From Eledone cirrhosa (taxonomy: Eukaryota): a stretch of DNA of 64,000 bases. The DNA is taken from the NCBI GenBank assembly GCA_964016885.1, contig OZ024740.1, forward strand, positions 308,946,001-309,010,000, given 5' to 3'. A program made the position numbers and the translations under genes. This document shows positions 51,584-64,000 of the stretch, piece after piece; position 1 is the first letter of the stretch; each line of letters begins with the position of its first letter. The notes below the pieces were generated by a model, which ran no database searches, was not told the DNA's origin, and saw nothing but the letters and a program-made list of their open reading frames with translations.

Positions 51584-52515
51584 ATATATATACCTATGTA
51601 TGTACATATGTATATGTATGTACATATGTATATGTATGTACATATGTATATGTATGTACATATGTATATGTATGTACATATGTATATGTATGTACATATG
51701 TATATGTATGTACATATGTATATGTATGTACATATGTATATGTATGTACATATGTATATGTATGTACATATGTATATGTATGTACATATGTATATATGTA
51801 TGTACTTATGTATATATATATGTACATATGTGTACTTATGTATATATATATGTACATATGTGTACTTATGTATATATATGTGTACATATGTGTATATATG
51901 TGTACATATGTGTATATACATATGTATATGTATGTAAATATGTATACATTTGTGTACATATGTATATGTATGTACATATGTATGTATATGTATGTACATA
52001 TGTATATATATGTATGTACATATGTATATATATGTATGTACATATGTATATATATGTATGTACATATGTATATATATGTATGTACATATGTATATATATG
52101 TATATATGTATATATATGTACATATGTATATATATGTACATATGTATATATATGTACATATGTATATATATGTACATATGTATATATATGTACATATGTA
52201 TATATATGTACATATGTATATATATGTACATATGTATATATATGTACATATGTATATATATGTACATATGTATATATATATGTACATATGTATATATATA
52301 TGTACATATGTATATATATATGTACATATGTATATATATATGTGCATATGTATATATATGTGCATATGTATATATATGTGCATATGTATATATATGTGCA
52401 TATGTATATATATGTACATATGTATATATATGTGCATATGTATATATATGTACATATGTATATAAATGTACATATGTATATATATGTACATATGTATGCG
52501 TATATATATATATAT
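51584..52515. repeat. TA-based minisatellite (18-bp TATGTACATATGTATATG units and variants)
   Basis: Direct inspection. Confidence 0.96.
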
Positions 52516-52582
52516 AGTGAAAAATTGAACGGGAACAAAATAGAGAGGCAGTACGAACAAAGGTTTGTATGTATGTATGTAT

Positions 52583-52852
52583 GTGGGACTGGCTTTGTGC
52601 AGTGCCTTTGCTCACTATAAAAGCTTCCCGGCACAGGCATTGCTTTATATCTGGAGATCTCTCTGCACTTGTCGTCACATGGTACCAAGGGCGCAGCACT
52701 ATGTGTCAGTAATTGTCACAAGTGTAGTGTTTGTACCAGAGTTTTCAAGTCGCTGGCTGGACTAACAAGTCACACTCGTTCAGCGCATCGGTAGGGGTTC
52801 TCCCTCATGGGTATAAAGTAGTGGCCGTACTCGAAAACGAGTTGGCAGCCAC
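52583..52852 (+). mobile_element. Third copy of the bipartite element (3' half only)
   Basis: Matches 46084-46353; flanked by (ATGT)n on both sides. Confidence 0.88.
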
Positions 52853-52869
52853 TATGTATGTATGTATGT

Positions 52870-54757
52870 ATGTATATATGTTATCTCTTTCTCTTAATTT
52901 CGAGTATATTTTTTTTGACCGGCCACCTTCCTGGTGGCAAGGTTGTAAAAGAAAAGAAATTGTCATCCCTTGAATCGTAAGAATGTTTTGCAAATTTTGA
53001 AGGTGCCAGCTATCTCAGCCATTTGTAGACTATGAATTAGGGAGCTGCGCTTTTTGTCCGCAAATCCAAGTTCAGTCATACTTTGGTCCAAGCGGGTTGG
53101 TATATAACCCGTAGCTCCAATAATGATGGGTTTGAAGCTAAAGGTGTATCTTGGATACTGGATTTGTAAACTCCTCCTCAATGGTCTGTAGATGTCCTCC
53201 TTCTCCTGTATTTTTCTGACATCGTTTACATTAAGTGGGCAGCTGATCTCCACAACACAACACATTTTCAATGTGTGGTGCCAAACAACAATATCAGGCC
53301 AGTTGTGCTTTAATTTGGTGGCAGTTTTTATTTTCAGGTTCCACCAGTATTCCTTAGTGCCATCTGTCTCAATATATTCTTCCTCGTTTGTTGTTAATTT
53401 TGTTTTCCGAAGTGCATTCCAGATGGTTCTAGCTACCCCATCGTGTCTCATGGGGAGGTAGTAGCGAGATGACATTCTTTCGCAGCTGGCAACAATGTGG
53501 CTTACATCCTCGATCTTTGTTTTACATAGCCTACATTTATTGTCAGCTGCTGGCCCTCCTCTTTTGTGCAGCAGATATTTGATAGGGAGTTCTTGTTCCT
53601 GTATTGCATAGAGATATCCCTCAAGGTGTGATGTCATAAACTTGTCGGAACTCCATGCCAGGCTTTTTGACTAGTTTATTCCTTCTATGGTCTGTGTTTT
53701 ACGTCTCAAGTATCCATGCACAACTTTTTCTGTAAATTGGTCAATTTTTTTATCTTGTTTGAACATTGAATAGGATCTTCCGATTTCTCTGGGTGAGAGA
53801 TTTATATCAGGCTTTATTCCATATCTCTCCTCCAGATCAGTCGCTATTCTAATGATATATTTTTTTTCATGCTCATAAACCTGGGCAAGATGGTTGCCAA
53901 CCTTTTTCCTCTGTTGAAGGTGTTGCTTCAGTGTTACTATCCGGGTCTCATATGTTGTTAATATTGATTTTAGACCCTGGCCACCTTCCTTGCGTGAGAA
54001 GTATAGCCTATCCACATCACCATTGATGTTAAAGTTCCCAGTAACACTGAGAAGTTTGCGAGTTCTAACATCCATCTCACTTAGTTCTTGCAATGACCAG
54101 TTCAGCAGGCCAAATGTTGGCGTTAGAATTGGCACAGCATAAGTATTGTGAGCAATGTATTTGTTGTACGCTGACAGTTCTGATGACCATATTTTCTTTA
54201 CTCTTCTGAGGTATTCAGTTCTGGTTCTCTCCTTATTTATGGGTCCTTCATATCTGACATTCTCATCCTGTCCAAGATATCTGTAGTTGTCACCTGACTG
54301 TAGAGGTTGTATTGTCAGACTGTTCATCTCTAGATTTCTAGAGGAGGGCACAGCTCTTCCACGTTTTACTGCCAAATATGCACACTTGGACTCACCAAAT
54401 TTCATTTTGATGTCGGTTGAAAATTGTGTAATGAGGTCCAATTGTTTCTTGATGTCGTTGATATTTGGCCCATACAACTTCAGGTCATCAACAAAGAAAA
54501 GATGGGAGATACTTCTGGACCCACTTCTTTGTCCAACTTGTTTCCTGAGTAGGTAAGATAGTGGATTCAGTGAGAGAAAGAAGAGTAGCACTGACAAGCT
54601 ATCACCCTGAAAGATGCCCTTCTGGTAATGTATCTTATCAGTCTTAACTTGCTCCTTTTCACCTCTGAGGATCAAATTGGTGTACCAGTTCTTGGTCAGG
54701 CGTTCAACAGCAGCTACCAATGGTTGTGGGACTTTGGCTAACTGTAAAGCCTTAATA
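52870..54757 (-). mobile_element. R4/Dong-clade non-LTR retrotransposon (RT, CCHC, RLE), 5'-truncated
   Basis: GIFQGDSLS, HLFFVDDLKLY, YRYLG, CRLC..HIVASC, RHD, WPDIVVW..VVEISCP..EKEDIY; the 349-aa and 224-aa ORFs are in frame, split by one TAG at 53671. Confidence 0.9.
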
Positions 54758-54764
54758 ATGTATG

Positions 54765-54798
<34 letters not shown>

Positions 54799-55237
54799 TG
54801 TATGTATGTATGTATGTATGTATATACGTATGTATGTATGTATATATATATATATATACCGATGTACGTATGTATGTATGTGTATATATATATATACCGA
54901 TGTACGTATATATATACCGATGTACGTATATATATACTGATGTACGTATATATATACCGATGTATGTATATATATACGGTGTATGGATATATATAACGGT
55001 GTATGTATATATATATATAACGCTGTATGTATATATATACCGATGTATGTATATATATATACCTATGTATGTATATATTTGTATATATATATACCGATGT
55101 ATATATGTAATATATATACCGATGTATATATGTATATATTATACCGATGTATATATGTATATATATATATATATACCGATGTATATATGTATATATTATA
55201 CCGATGTATATATGTATATATATACCAATGTATATAT
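54758..55237. repeat. (TA)/(TATG) array with interspersed CCGATG motif
   Basis: Direct inspection. Confidence 0.95.
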
Positions 55238-55358
55238 AATAATAATGAAATTATTGTGTAAAGTGCTCAGGTGCACTACAACTGGTCAAAGGTATACATA
55301 TGTTGATTTAAAACTGCACTATCCACAAGTGTTTTTTAGCCTTCATATCATGTTCTCC

Positions 55359-55429
55359 TGTTTTATCTGATGAAAACACAAATATTATTGCATGATGATG
55401 TTTGTTTTTGAAATGCACATAATAAAATA
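55359..55429 (+). ncRNA. Type I hammerhead ribozyme motif
   Basis: TGTTTTAT-CTGATGA(55367-55373)-36-nt hairpin-GAAA(55410-55413)-TGCACA-TA-ATAAAATA; all three stems pair. Confidence 0.7.
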
Positions 55430-55550
55430 CATGGAACTCCTTTAACCATCTTTTGATCTTATATTATATATACTCCAGTCCTACAAACTGTAGAGTGCTT
55501 CTTATCCGATATCTGCATTGCTTTATTGTACTACAATACAACTCACCTCC

Positions 55551-63872
<8,322 letters not shown>

Positions 63873-64000
63873 TCAGGTCACCAGTTGGTGCTACTGGTAA
63901 CATGTATCCCAGTACAACCTGTCTCATGGTCGGGTCGTTGGCGACTAAACTGGCAACCCCACCAAGGTTTCTTGGTGAGGAGGGTGACTTTGGACATCCT
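63873..64000 (+). mobile_element. Fourth copy of the bipartite element (5' end, runs off window)
   Basis: TCAGGTCACCAGTTGG.. same start as 45758. Confidence 0.9.

Overview
AT-rich eukaryotic (animal) genomic DNA, almost certainly cephalopod/Octopus-like judging by its SINE and RTE families and TA/TATG microsatellite load (inference). The window is nearly all transposon debris and simple repeats. It holds several RTE-clade LINE copies (one family carrying a PHD-like finger), three copies of a Tx1/L1-clade LINE sharing a TCTATCTAT 3' junction, an R4/Dong-clade RLE retrotransposon, CRE-like RLE fragments, a decayed Helitron Rep-helicase, Gypsy pol fragments with a 3' LTR, a mariner remnant, many tRNA-derived SINEs, and four near-identical copies of a ~600-bp bipartite RTE-derived element. 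From ~44.6 kb on it is mostly compound (TA)n/(TATG)n arrays with a 200-N gap. No intact host gene is visible; there is one plausible first coding exon at 43816 and two weak exon candidates. The least expected signal is a set of unrelated short, ORF-less segments, mostly in or next to TA microsatellites, carrying type I hammerhead ribozyme cores with palindromic stem III (best at 55359, 2398 and 39601), resembling Penelope pseudo-LTRs or retrozymes. All long YIYI/MYVC-type ORFs are repeat artefacts. All folds and alignments were done by eye.
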